A DNA stretch of 49,016 nt from a virus: IMG/VR virus record IMGVR_UViG_3300045988_021641; one strand, given 5' to 3'. Under the pieces are notes generated by a model. The model was not told the origin of the DNA and did no database searches. It saw only the letters and a list, made by a program, of their open reading frames with translations. Shown here in pieces: positions 40,766 to 48,876 of the stretch. A program made the translations under genes and the position numbers. The first letter of the stretch is position 1. Every line of letters begins with the position of its first letter.

Positions 40766-41188
40766 TTAAAATGGAAGGTCGCCATTGTCCTCGATCTCCG
40801 TGAAGTCGCCGGAGCCCTCAGAGTAGCCCGGATCGGCGAAGTCGCTGCCAGAGCTCTGGCCGCCGTCCTTCTTGCTGTCGCAGAAGTGGACGGAGTCGAC
40901 CGTGATCTCGACGGCTTTGCGGCGGTTCCCGTCCTTGTCCTCGTAGCTGCGGCTCGTGAGCTCGCCCTCGACGAGGACGAGGCGGCCCTTGCTCAGGTAC
41001 TTGCAGACGAACTCGGCCTGTGCGCGCCATGCGACGCACTCGATGAAGTTGGTGATCTTCTTGCCATCCTTGGTCTTGCGGCCGGTGTCGCTGGCGAGGG
41101 TGAAGCTGGTGATCGCCGTGCCCTGCTGCGTGTACCTGAGCTCAGGGTCGGCGGTTAGACGGCCTTGGAGGCCGGTGTGGTTATACAT
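40766..41188 (-). CDS. ssb: Single-stranded DNA-binding protein
   Basis: OB-fold N-terminus, a Gly/Ser-rich tail and an acidic C-terminal tip DNGDLPF. Confidence 0.92.
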   Translation of the reverse strand: MYNHTGLQGRLTADPELRYTQQGTAITSFTLASDTGRKTKDGKKITNFIECVAWRAQAEFVCKYLSKGRLVLVEGELTSRSYEDKDGNRRKAVEITVDSVHFCDSKKDGGQSSGSDFADPGYSEGSGDFTEIEDNGDLPF

Positions 41189-41979
41189 TAGGCGTTTCCT
41201 CCTTGCTGGTTATGCTGTGCGGCCGCATTGTCGAGGGACGTGCAGATCTCGTCGTACTCTTGGCGGGTCAGGGTGGCCGGATCCTGCTTTTTGTACTTCT
41301 CCACGATCCGGGCGTTGGTGCGCTCCTTGGTCATTCCTGCGGCCTCTGCCTTCTTGTAGAGGCGCGCGAGCTGCGCGTCGCTCAGACGGCCGGAGCCCTG
41401 CCCCTGACGGCCCTGTGTGGCCTGCTGGCGGCCTCCAGCGCCGGATCCTTTGCCCTGCGCGCCGAAGTCACTGTTGTCGGGGTCGTCCTCGCCTTGGTCG
41501 ACGGTGAACTTCTCGAAAAGGTAGTATTTCAGGGCGTAGGTGTGTGCCGCGCCCTTGGCCTTGGCGGGGTCATCGTTCCAGCCGACGGCGTGGACGGTGG
41601 CCTCGATGGTCTCGTCGTCGTTGTCGAGGTTCAGCCAGCGGATCGTCAGGTCGGCCTCGTAGAGGAACATGAGCTTGTCGCCGTTGCGTGTCTTGGTCTG
41701 CATGGTGATCCAGTAGACCGGGTCGCCGTTCTCGGCGTGGCGCGTGGCCTGCTCGCTGATGACGTCGAAGTCGACGCCGAGCTCGTTCATTATGGGGGTG
41801 ATCTTCTCCCACACGTCGTAGATCTTGGCGTACTTGTAGCTGACGCCGTCGCTGTGCTGCTTCTTGACGATCTCCGGGCAGGCTTTCCGCATTTCGACGA
41901 GCTTCTGCCGGAGCGTCAGGCAGGCGGCTTCAGGAGGTGCCGCAGCAGCGGCCGCCTCGGTTTTCTTGGTTTCTGCCAT
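41188..41979 (-). CDS. ERF-family single-strand annealing recombinase
   Basis: SYKYAKIYDVWEKITPIMNELG...GAAHTYALKYYLFEKF matches the ERF core pattern. Adjacent to SSB. Confidence 0.8.
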   Translation of the reverse strand: MAETKKTEAAAAAAPPEAACLTLRQKLVEMRKACPEIVKKQHSDGVSYKYAKIYDVWEKITPIMNELGVDFDVISEQATRHAENGDPVYWITMQTKTRNGDKLMFLYEADLTIRWLNLDNDDETIEATVHAVGWNDDPAKAKGAAHTYALKYYLFEKFTVDQGEDDPDNSDFGAQGKGSGAGGRQQATQGRQGQGSGRLSDAQLARLYKKAEAAGMTKERTNARIVEKYKKQDPATLTRQEYDEICTSLDNAAAQHNQQGGNA

Positions 41980-41991
41980 GTCGGTGCCTCC

Positions 41992-42624
41992 TTACACGTC
42001 GACTGTGAAGATGCCCGGGGTCTCGTAGACGGTGACGCCCTCCACGATCTCGCCGGTCTCGGTCAGGGTTGCGATGTCGCCGGTGTAGCTGAGCAGCTTC
42101 TTCAGATCGGCCCAGCGGGTCGACTCCTCGACTTTTACGAGCTCGCCGTAGCCGTTGGCCTTGAGCCACGGCACCAGCTTGGTCTCGTCGAGCTTGGTCT
42201 TGGTGGTGCCCTTCTTGAAGGTCAGTGTGCCGGAGAGGAGGCGGTACTTCTCCGTCGTCTTGGTCTCCTTGTGGGGGACGGTGGCGAAGAAGTCGGCCAG
42301 ACAGCTCGTGAGGTACGAGGTGCCGTTCTCCATGCGCTTGCGGGCGGCGGCGACTTTCTCGTTGATGGCCGCGATCTGCTCGTCGGCCAGAGCCTTCAGG
42401 CGGTCGTACTCGCTGCGCTCGTCGGCGATCTTGCGGATGGCCCAGTCGGCGCAGCGGTCGTCAGTGATACGGAACGGGGCGCGCTCGCCCTCTGCGACGG
42501 TGCCGAGGTCGACCTGCTCCAGCTCGTCCAGCGTGGCAGCAGGCAGCAGCTTGGCCTCCTGCGTGGTGGTGGCCTCTGCGTCTGCCTGTTCGGCAGCGAG
42601 GGCCGCGGTGGTCTTATCGCTCAT
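41992..42624 (-). CDS. Host-nuclease inhibitor Gam-like protein (210 aa)
   Basis: FRITDDRCADWAIRKIADERSEYDRLKALADEQIAAINEK resembles Mu Gam-like proteins. Located in the recombination module. Confidence 0.55.
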   Translation of the reverse strand: MSDKTTAALAAEQADAEATTTQEAKLLPAATLDELEQVDLGTVAEGERAPFRITDDRCADWAIRKIADERSEYDRLKALADEQIAAINEKVAAARKRMENGTSYLTSCLADFFATVPHKETKTTEKYRLLSGTLTFKKGTTKTKLDETKLVPWLKANGYGELVKVEESTRWADLKKLLSYTGDIATLTETGEIVEGVTVYETPGIFTVDV

Positions 42625-42763
42625 TGTTGTGCTCCTTTCTTTCGGTGACGTTGAAGGTGAGCATCACGCCGCAGGTGACAGGGGTGACGCTCTCGAGCTC
42701 GAGGTCGCGGCCGCTGCGGAGGTGCAGGGTCTCGCCCGGCTTCATTTCGGTGAGGTGTTTCAT
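42611..42763 (-). CDS. Small hypothetical protein (50 aa)
   Basis: ATGA coupling to the upstream gene. Product MKHLTEMKPGETLHLRSGRDLELESV... Confidence 0.35.
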
Positions 42764-43440
42764 CTGGTGCTCCTTTCTGCAAAGAAACGGTGCCCGCCTT
42801 CCTCGATGACGAAGATCTGGCTCTCGTGGAAGTCGCTGGTCACGAGGGTGGGGTTGTAGAAGTAGAGGATCGGCTCGTCCACGACGGTCTCGCCTCGGTC
42901 GAACACGGCCGCGACGGCGTCCTTGACGCGCTGTGTGGGATCCGGCCGGCTCTTGGTGTAGCTGTAAAGGACGACGGCCTCAGAGGGATCGACGCCGCGC
43001 TTCTCGGCTGCGTTGAGGATGCACTGAGCGACGAGCATCTGGCCCTCGAAGGACTCCCCGCCAGCCTCGGCCATGACCACGCGCTCGACGACGTCGCGCT
43101 CGGCGTCGGTCAGAGGGTAGCGCACGGCGGGCTCGGTCGGCTCCACGGTCTCAGCGGCCGGGGCGGGGGTGTCCGGGATGTATGTGCCGACAGTGGTGGT
43201 CGGCGGCAGGATGTTGGTCTCCTGCTTGCTGCCGGCCGGGGTGGTGAAGATTGCCACAGAGATGCCGCCCAGCAGAAGGACGGCAGCGGCCAGCGTGGCA
43301 GCTCTCAGGGCTTTCCTCTTGGCACGGCGGCGCCGGCGTGTTATACTTGCGGTGCGGGATCCGTATGCTGGCAGGCTGCTGGATCTTCTCGCGTGGGTCG
43401 CCCGGTCGCAACGGGCGGCCCTTTCTTTTGTGGTTTCCAT
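42760..43440 (-). CDS. Membrane-anchored SleB-like cell wall hydrolase (226 aa)
   Basis: Basic N-terminus plus a TM segment (ATLAAAVLLLGGISVAIF). Hydrolase_2-like core ERDVVERVVMAEAGGESFEGQMLVAQCILNAAE. Confidence 0.72.
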   Translation of the reverse strand: METTKERAARCDRATHARRSSSLPAYGSRTASITRRRRRAKRKALRAATLAAAVLLLGGISVAIFTTPAGSKQETNILPPTTTVGTYIPDTPAPAAETVEPTEPAVRYPLTDAERDVVERVVMAEAGGESFEGQMLVAQCILNAAEKRGVDPSEAVVLYSYTKSRPDPTQRVKDAVAAVFDRGETVVDEPILYFYNPTLVTSDFHESQIFVIEEGGHRFFAERSTR

Positions 43441-43452
43441 TGGTTTCTCCTT

Positions 43453-43716
43453 TCACTGAGCCCGTGCGACAGTCAGATCACAGAGGGCGTGAGTGAGGTC
43501 GCTGAACTCGGTCTCTCGGACGGTGTCAGCGGTCAGCAGCACGAGGTAGTCGTTGTCGTAGTAGTCGATCTCGGGGTACCGCTGCCGGTTTACTTCGTTT
43601 TTGTGGCGGGCGTAGGGCTCGGCACGGTTCCAGACGTCGTCAGGGATCCAGCGGTCGAGGCGATCCTCGACGCGCTCGCGCAGCTCCTCGCTCGTGATCG
43701 TGATCTCCGGGCTCAT
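43453..43716 (-). CDS. Hypothetical protein (87 aa)
   Basis: Clean ORF with a GGAGGTG RBS. Confidence 0.6.
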   Translation of the reverse strand: MSPEITITSEELRERVEDRLDRWIPDDVWNRAEPYARHKNEVNRQRYPEIDYYDNDYLVLLTADTVRETEFSDLTHALCDLTVARAQ

Positions 43717-43744
43717 GCTGTCACCTCCTGAGTGCGCCTATCGC

Positions 43745-45397
43745 TTATTCGAGCGCGATGATGTCGCAGTTGTAACGCAGGTTTTCCTCGTCGATGATGT
43801 GCAGTTTTTTCCTTTCGGCGAGAAGCTCAGAGAGCTGGTCGACCACGTCGAAGCCTTCAGGGGGCGGGGCGGGTGCGGTGCTGTCCTTCTCCTTCAGCGC
43901 TCGGTCGTTTTCGATGATCTGCTCCTTGATTTCTTCGGGGGCGTCCGAGAGGTCTGTCGTCTGGTCGGGGCTTTCGGGTGCCTCAGCCTTCTGCTCTGCG
44001 GTGCGCTCGAAGCGTTTGCCGAGCTCCCAGTCGTCGCGGCGAAGGTCGAAGGCGTCACCGAGCTGAATGATGTCGGGATAGTTGCTGAGCGCGACGGTCA
44101 TGGCGGGCTTGTCGATTTCGTAGGCGTAGTAGGTTACATTCGTAAAGCCCATTTTGTCGAGGCAATAGCGCCCGGTGCCGATGCCGTCATACATGGAGAG
44201 GACGACGATCTCCTCGTCCCTCGGCACGTCCTTCAGGGCTCCCGCGAGGATGTGGATGATGACCTCAGCCGTCCAGCCATTCCCGAGCCCGCGGTATCTT
44301 TGCGTCGCGCTGACTGCCGATGTGTAGCCATCAGGAAGGGTCTGGAGCCGTTCGCACTCCGTCGGCGTGAGCTTTCGGATGACGTAATAGCCGTCCGGCA
44401 GCTTGATCGGGTACTTTTTGCCTTTTATCTCGATCTCTCCGTTGACCACCTCATAGACCGGCAGATCTTCGCCGTTTTGGTTAGTGACGACAAGCCTGCT
44501 CTGATGTCCTGATGCTGTGAGGGCGTTGGCTTTGCCGTCGGTTCTTACCTCGTATGCAGAGCCATCGTCTCGACCGCGCCACGCAGCACCTTGAGCCTCT
44601 CCTGCGGGGTAGGCATAAAGCCCAGTCTCAGGGCCGCCCCCGTTGGGTCTGGCGCATAGTGCCACAGCTTTGCCGCTCGCGTCGTAGATCCTGTGAGCTT
44701 GTCCTCCAGTAACCTCTCCGTCTGCGTTTGGCATGGTGCCGACTCTTACCGGCGCGGCGTAAAGCCCCGTTTTCGCTCCGAGCCCGCCGCCCTCGCCGCA
44801 CAGGGTCGTTGCTTTCCCTTCGGGGGAGTAGACTCTGTACTGCTTGGAGTCATGGCTCTGTTTCTTGGCGCTGTTCTCGATGGTGCCGATCCTGATTGGC
44901 TCAGCAACCATGCTGTCGGTCTGCACAGTCGTCAGGGCGTTGGCTTTTTCAATCCCACTGGTCTCGAAGCGTCGGTACAGTTTTCCGTCGTCCTCGCGGC
45001 GGTTCCTGCATCCGACTCCGACCGCCGGAGCTCTGAGCTCGTACCCTTTTTCGGAGGTTGCCGTCTCGAGGATGTCCTTCAGCATGATGCCGCGATCCGC
45101 GGGCTGGTCGACGTTCCAGTTGAAGGCGTAAAAGCGTTGACGGTTCTGTGCGCTCACGAGGGCGCTGTTGATGTGCATGAGATCCACGCCGAGCTCGTGG
45201 CTGATTTGGTCTTTAATTGGCTGTGCGGCGCTCTTGTTGTTCTCATAGAGGAAAAAATCAGGCTTGAATTTTTCCTTTGCAATCAGGTAGTTTCTGAACA
45301 GCTCCCAGCCGAGCCCCTCAGCTTCGACCTCTCGCCCCTTTTTCTGTGCGACGCTCCAGTAGGTGCACGGAGAGCCGCCGATCAAAATCTTTATCAT
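43745..45397 (-). CDS. DNA (cytosine-5) methyltransferase with permuted motif order (IV-VI-VIII-TRD repeats-IX-X-I-II-III), 550 aa
   Basis: Motif IV GGSPCTYWS at aa 7-15; YENNKS (VI); QNRQRFY (VIII); LTPTECERLQTLPDGY (IX); LGNGWT (X). Only after these come LSMYDGIGTG (I), YAYEID (II) and LGDAFDL (III). Confidence 0.85.
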   Translation of the reverse strand: MIKILIGGSPCTYWSVAQKKGREVEAEGLGWELFRNYLIAKEKFKPDFFLYENNKSAAQPIKDQISHELGVDLMHINSALVSAQNRQRFYAFNWNVDQPADRGIMLKDILETATSEKGYELRAPAVGVGCRNRREDDGKLYRRFETSGIEKANALTTVQTDSMVAEPIRIGTIENSAKKQSHDSKQYRVYSPEGKATTLCGEGGGLGAKTGLYAAPVRVGTMPNADGEVTGGQAHRIYDASGKAVALCARPNGGGPETGLYAYPAGEAQGAAWRGRDDGSAYEVRTDGKANALTASGHQSRLVVTNQNGEDLPVYEVVNGEIEIKGKKYPIKLPDGYYVIRKLTPTECERLQTLPDGYTSAVSATQRYRGLGNGWTAEVIIHILAGALKDVPRDEEIVVLSMYDGIGTGRYCLDKMGFTNVTYYAYEIDKPAMTVALSNYPDIIQLGDAFDLRRDDWELGKRFERTAEQKAEAPESPDQTTDLSDAPEEIKEQIIENDRALKEKDSTAPAPPPEGFDVVDQLSELLAERKKLHIIDEENLRYNCDIIALE

Positions 45398-45402
45398 TCA
45401 TT

Positions 45403-46113
45403 TCACTTCCTTCCTGTGCGGGCCGGGAGCGTCTGCTCGGGTCTGGTCAGCCCCTTGCTGAAGCTCTGCGGCTCATATCTGACGCCCACGATCCGGCGGC
45501 CGCTGACGCCGTACTTGGGGTTGTAGCCGAACAGGTTGACGTAGCTACCGAGATCCTCGCGCTCGTCGTCCATCGCCTTCAGCACCTCGAACAGGGTCAG
45601 CACGTCGTCGATGGCGCGATGGCTGTTCTGCACCTTGCCGGTGAGGTCGTAGGCGATGATCGCGTTGGCGAGCTTGTGCGGGTAGGCCCTGCGGTCTTTG
45701 TAGACTGTCAGACTGTCCAGCCAGTCGATCCGGCCGACCTTCTGGCCTCGGAGCAGGCCACGGAGGAAACAGGCGTCGAACTGTGCATTGTGGGCGATCA
45801 TCAGGGTCGGGCCATTCTGCATGAGCTTGGCGATCTGGCCGGCTGCCTTGACCGGCTGCACGCCCTCGGTCTGGAGCCGCCCGTCGGTGATGCCGGTCAG
45901 GCTGACGATGTTCTCCGGGAGGGTCTCGCCCTCGGGTAGCTTGATGAAGGTGTCCATCTTGCCGGCGATCCGTAGGCCGCCGGTTGCCGTGCGCTCCACG
46001 CGCAGGGCGGCGAGCTCGATGATCTGGTCGCTGTCGAAGTCGAGGCCGCTGGTCTCGGTATCAAACACGACGAGGGCCTTGTAGCGGTCGAACAGGGTGG
46101 AGAGGTTACTCAT
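45403..46113 (-). CDS. DnaQ-like 3'-5' exonuclease (DEDDh, 236 aa)
   Basis: Exo I VVFDTETSGL, Exo II IAHNAQFDACFL, Exo III HRAIDDV. Confidence 0.88.
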   Translation of the reverse strand: MSNLSTLFDRYKALVVFDTETSGLDFDSDQIIELAALRVERTATGGLRIAGKMDTFIKLPEGETLPENIVSLTGITDGRLQTEGVQPVKAAGQIAKLMQNGPTLMIAHNAQFDACFLRGLLRGQKVGRIDWLDSLTVYKDRRAYPHKLANAIIAYDLTGKVQNSHRAIDDVLTLFEVLKAMDDEREDLGSYVNLFGYNPKYGVSGRRIVGVRYEPQSFSKGLTRPEQTLPARTGRK

Positions 46114-46810
46114 GCCGGGCCTCCTTCTCGCGGGCAGCTCTCAGGGTGCCGAGCATAAACGAGAGGGCTGTGGTCAGTTGATCCTCGGTGGCGAAGGTGC
46201 CGCCGAACTGCTCGGCCAGCGCCGCGATGATCTCGCCGGCGTGCTCCGGCGTGACGTCGTCGGTGGCTTCGTCGTCCTCGATGGAGATCAGGAGATCGGA
46301 GTCCAGATAACAAGCGGGGCGCAGGCCGTAGAGGCCGTCGTAGGCGTTGTCCCAGTTCAGAGTGCCGCCGGCGTAGACGCTGCGGGCGAGTGACTCGTAG
46401 CCGTTAGACTTCGTGCTGAAGGCGGTGGACAGCCACCACCAGTCGTCTGCGTTCGAGATGACGTCGCGGTTGCGCCGGTACTGGTCGACCGTCAGCAGGA
46501 AGATGGTGACGGTGCAGGTGCCGTAGTCCTTCAGGCCGTCGTCGGTGGTCAGGTCGAGCTCCGTGGTCAGGAAGGCGTTGGGGCCGTTCACGTCCTCGAG
46601 CAGGTTGTCGAGGTAGGCGCCGTTGAGGTATTCCTTGCTGCTGGCGACGGCGAAGTTGTTGCAGTTGCCCTCGTCAAAGGCTCGGGTCTCGATGATGTCC
46701 TTGCTCAGGCAGAGTGCGCGGCCATCATCATTCTCCAGCAGGATCCAGCTCTGGCCGGCATAGTCGAAGGCCGTGCCGCGGGCGGCGTTCTTGAGTGCGA
46801 TCTTTTTCAT
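46106..46810 (-). CDS. DGR target protein 2: stand-alone DUF6273/CLec-like domain protein (234 aa) in the early region
   Basis: Contains VR2. Homologous to the N-terminal domain of target 1 (WWWLSTA...GLRPACYLDSDLLIS). No signal peptide is evident. Confidence 0.88.
   Translation of the reverse strand: MKKIALKNAARGTAFDYAGQSWILLENDDGRALCLSKDIIETRAFDEGNCNNFAVASSKEYLNGAYLDNLLEDVNGPNAFLTTELDLTTDDGLKDYGTCTVTIFLLTVDQYRRNRDVISNADDWWWLSTAFSTKSNGYESLARSVYAGGTLNWDNAYDGLYGLRPACYLDSDLLISIEDDEATDDVTPEHAGEIIAALAEQFGGTFATEDQLTTALSFMLGTLRAAREKEARHE
46312..46388 (-). other. DGR variable repeat VR2 (remote)
   Basis: 77 nt colinear with TR 8492..8568. There are 10 mismatches at TR adenines plus one non-A mismatch (46367). 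The 3' GC-rich end GGCCTGCGCCCCGCTTG is identical to VR1. Homology decays 5' of 46388. Confidence 0.85.
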
Positions 46811-46986
46811 GGGGTTGCTCCTTTCGTTCTCTGCGGCCGAGCCTTCTGGCTGGCCTGAATGTTCGGCAGGGTCTCGCCGGCGCGGAGCCGGCTCTCACAG
46901 TGCGGGCAGATGTAGCCGGTGCGGGGGATCTTCTGGTAGATGCTGACGTTCCAGTCGAGCCCGCAGCCGACGCACTTGGCTGTCAT
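46807..46986 (-). CDS. Small zinc-ribbon protein (59 aa)
   Basis: CVGCG...CPHC. ATGA coupling on both sides. Confidence 0.5.
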   Translation of the reverse strand: MTAKCVGCGLDWNVSIYQKIPRTGYICPHCESRLRAGETLPNIQASQKARPQRTKGATP

Positions 46987-47714
46987 GGGCCTCCACCTCC
47001 TTCCGCAGCCAGAGCCTCGAAAACGTAGCGCCGGATGCGGTTGCGGTACTTCTTCCGGGTTCTGGCTTTCTTTGCGTGGGCCGCGAGGTGCAGCCACTTC
47101 GGCGGCACTCCGATGGCCCTGACCGATACCTTCCAGAGCTTTTTGAAGGCAGAGAGCACGGCGTTGATGACCGGCTTCATGGCTTCGGCCAGCTTGGCGG
47201 CGATTTCCCGCAGCGCGTCGGCCAGTCTATCGAGGGCTTCGTGGGCCTGCTGCATCTTCTCGTGATCGGCGAGCGCCATGCTGCCGTCGTAGACGTAGGG
47301 GCTCAGCTCGTCATCGCCGCCGTCGGCCAGACGCTCGCAGAACGGGAGGCCGGCAGCTTCAGCAGCCTTGCGGCCCTCCTCGAGGGCGTCCCGGCCTTGC
47401 GTGACTTCGCAATAGTCCGCGAGGCGGTTGTGGCCGCCTTCGTAGTGCCAGCGGATCCCGGCGGCGATCTCGTCGATGGTCATGCTCTCACCGAAGTGGC
47501 CGCAGTAGTAGCCGTTGACGATGACGGCGTCCGGGTCTGCCTTCAGGATCCCGATGGCGTCGTTGAGATCGTCGGTCTCCCACTCGCCGTTCCAGATGTC
47601 GCTCCAGATTGTCAGGGCGTTCCACGAGCGGCCGGTGCGATACACGATTGTCCAGCCGATGCCGTCACGGATCTCCGCGGCGAAGTCTCGGGCGATGTCT
47701 CTCAGTGCTGCCAT
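46983..47714 (-). CDS. Hypothetical early protein (243 aa)
   Basis: Clean ORF; no family recognised. Confidence 0.65.
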   Translation of the reverse strand: MAALRDIARDFAAEIRDGIGWTIVYRTGRSWNALTIWSDIWNGEWETDDLNDAIGILKADPDAVIVNGYYCGHFGESMTIDEIAAGIRWHYEGGHNRLADYCEVTQGRDALEEGRKAAEAAGLPFCERLADGGDDELSPYVYDGSMALADHEKMQQAHEALDRLADALREIAAKLAEAMKPVINAVLSAFKKLWKVSVRAIGVPPKWLHLAAHAKKARTRKKYRNRIRRYVFEALAAEGGGGP

Positions 47715-48088
47715 GCTGGCGCCTCCTCTCTGGTGATATGCACGACGGTGACGAGGTCGTCGATCTCGTGCTTGGTGGTGTATGTGTCCCGCTCGTCGAG
47801 CCCGATGTGCCGTAGCAGCGTCTCGGGCCCGTCCAGCAGGAAGGCGGTGACGGCCACGGTGTTGAGCCGGTAGACCGTGACCTCCACGGTGCAGCGGGCG
47901 CCGTCCTCGTCCAGCGTGGACGGGAACGAGGCCCGGCAGATGGGGCTCGCCTCGTATCTGAAGGCGGTCGCGCGGTTCTCGCCGGTGATGATGTCCTTCA
48001 CAAACTCCTCGAAGGCTTTGCGAGGGATCGAGCTGCGGTACTTGTCCAGCGTGACGTCGGCGAGCTGCCGGATGGCTTTGGTGTTCAT
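47702..48088 (-). CDS. Hypothetical early protein (128 aa)
   Basis: Clean ORF with a GGAGGTG RBS. Confidence 0.6.
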   Translation of the reverse strand: MNTKAIRQLADVTLDKYRSSIPRKAFEEFVKDIITGENRATAFRYEASPICRASFPSTLDEDGARCTVEVTVYRLNTVAVTAFLLDGPETLLRHIGLDERDTYTTKHEIDDLVTVVHITREEAPAWQH

Positions 48089-48092
48089 GCGA

Positions 48093-48299
48093 TCACCTCC
48101 CGCGCTGCTCGAGCGGGGCGATGATGATGTGGTCGACGCCGCGGCGGCTGAGGCGGCTGGCTTCGCTGTCTGCGTCGCTGCGGTTTACTCGGCAGCCGTG
48201 GCAGGCATACGTCCCATCAGGGCGCTCGGTCAGAATGGCCCAGTTATAGGCGTGGGTTTTGCTCGTGCGGATCAGTTGGTCTTTGTAGTAAAATTTCAT
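48093..48299 (-). CDS. Hypothetical protein (68 aa)
   Basis: ORF with an AAAGGAG RBS. Confidence 0.55.
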   Translation of the reverse strand: MKFYYKDQLIRTSKTHAYNWAILTERPDGTYACHGCRVNRSDADSEASRLSRRGVDHIIIAPLEQRGR

Positions 48300-48349
48300 G
48301 GTGTGCTCCTTTCGTCTTGGCCCGGCCGGAGCCGGGGATCTTGGCGTTT

Positions 48350-48541
48350 TCAGCAGCAGGCGAAGATCGCGGCGATCTGCGCCTTGGTTGCTCTCTGGTA
48401 GCTGGAATAAAAAACACGACCGCCGACTTCTTGGTTGATGGCATAGTGGCCGTCGGCGTAGCGCTTAATGAGCCACACTTTGCGAGGGTTCCACTTGTCA
48501 ACCTTGCGTGTCAGGGTCGTGTTGTTTCTTCTGCTTCTCAT
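48350..48541 (-). CDS. Small basic hypothetical protein (63 aa)
   Basis: Internal ATG with an AAAGGAGAC RBS. Confidence 0.5.
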   Translation of the reverse strand: MRSRRNNTTLTRKVDKWNPRKVWLIKRYADGHYAINQEVGGRVFYSSYQRATKAQIAAIFACC

Positions 48542-48845
48542 GGGGGTCTCCTTTCTTCGGCCCGGCGCTGCCGGGTGTTCTTGGCTTCTGTGCGGCCGGT
48601 GCTCGTTTACCTCTGCGCTTGAAGCTCTCACGCAGCCGCCTCTCGGCGAGCTCTGCGCTGTACCCTTCGCGCTGGTTGGCGTCCAGCGTGCCGGTCGCGC
48701 CTCGCTGGAGCTCCTTGTAGATCGTGGTGTGGTGGACGCTCAGGCGGGCCGCGATGTCGACCGGCCGATCTCCGAGCAGATGCCACGCCTCGATCTTCTT
48801 CCTGTCCTCGAAGGTCAGGTAGCGGTACTTTCCCGTCAGTCTCAC
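48498..48845 (-). CDS. Orphan IS30-type N-terminal HTH protein (about 113-115 aa; start at GTG 48845 or CTG 48839)
   Basis: YRYLTFEDRKKIEAWHLLGDRPVDIAARLSVHHTTIYKELQRG aligns with the N-terminus of the transposase at 46..1092 (HLTPTKRIQLDAFIRAGMKPTDIAKELGVHHTTIYRELKR). No DDE domain. GGAGG overlaps or precedes the candidate starts. Confidence 0.6.
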   Translation of the reverse strand: MRLTGKYRYLTFEDRKKIEAWHLLGDRPVDIAARLSVHHTTIYKELQRGATGTLDANQREGYSAELAERRLRESFKRRGKRAPAAQKPRTPGSAGPKKGDPHEKQKKQHDPDTQG

Positions 48846-48876
48846 CTCCGTCCTATGGGGTTGTAGTAAAGAAAAA

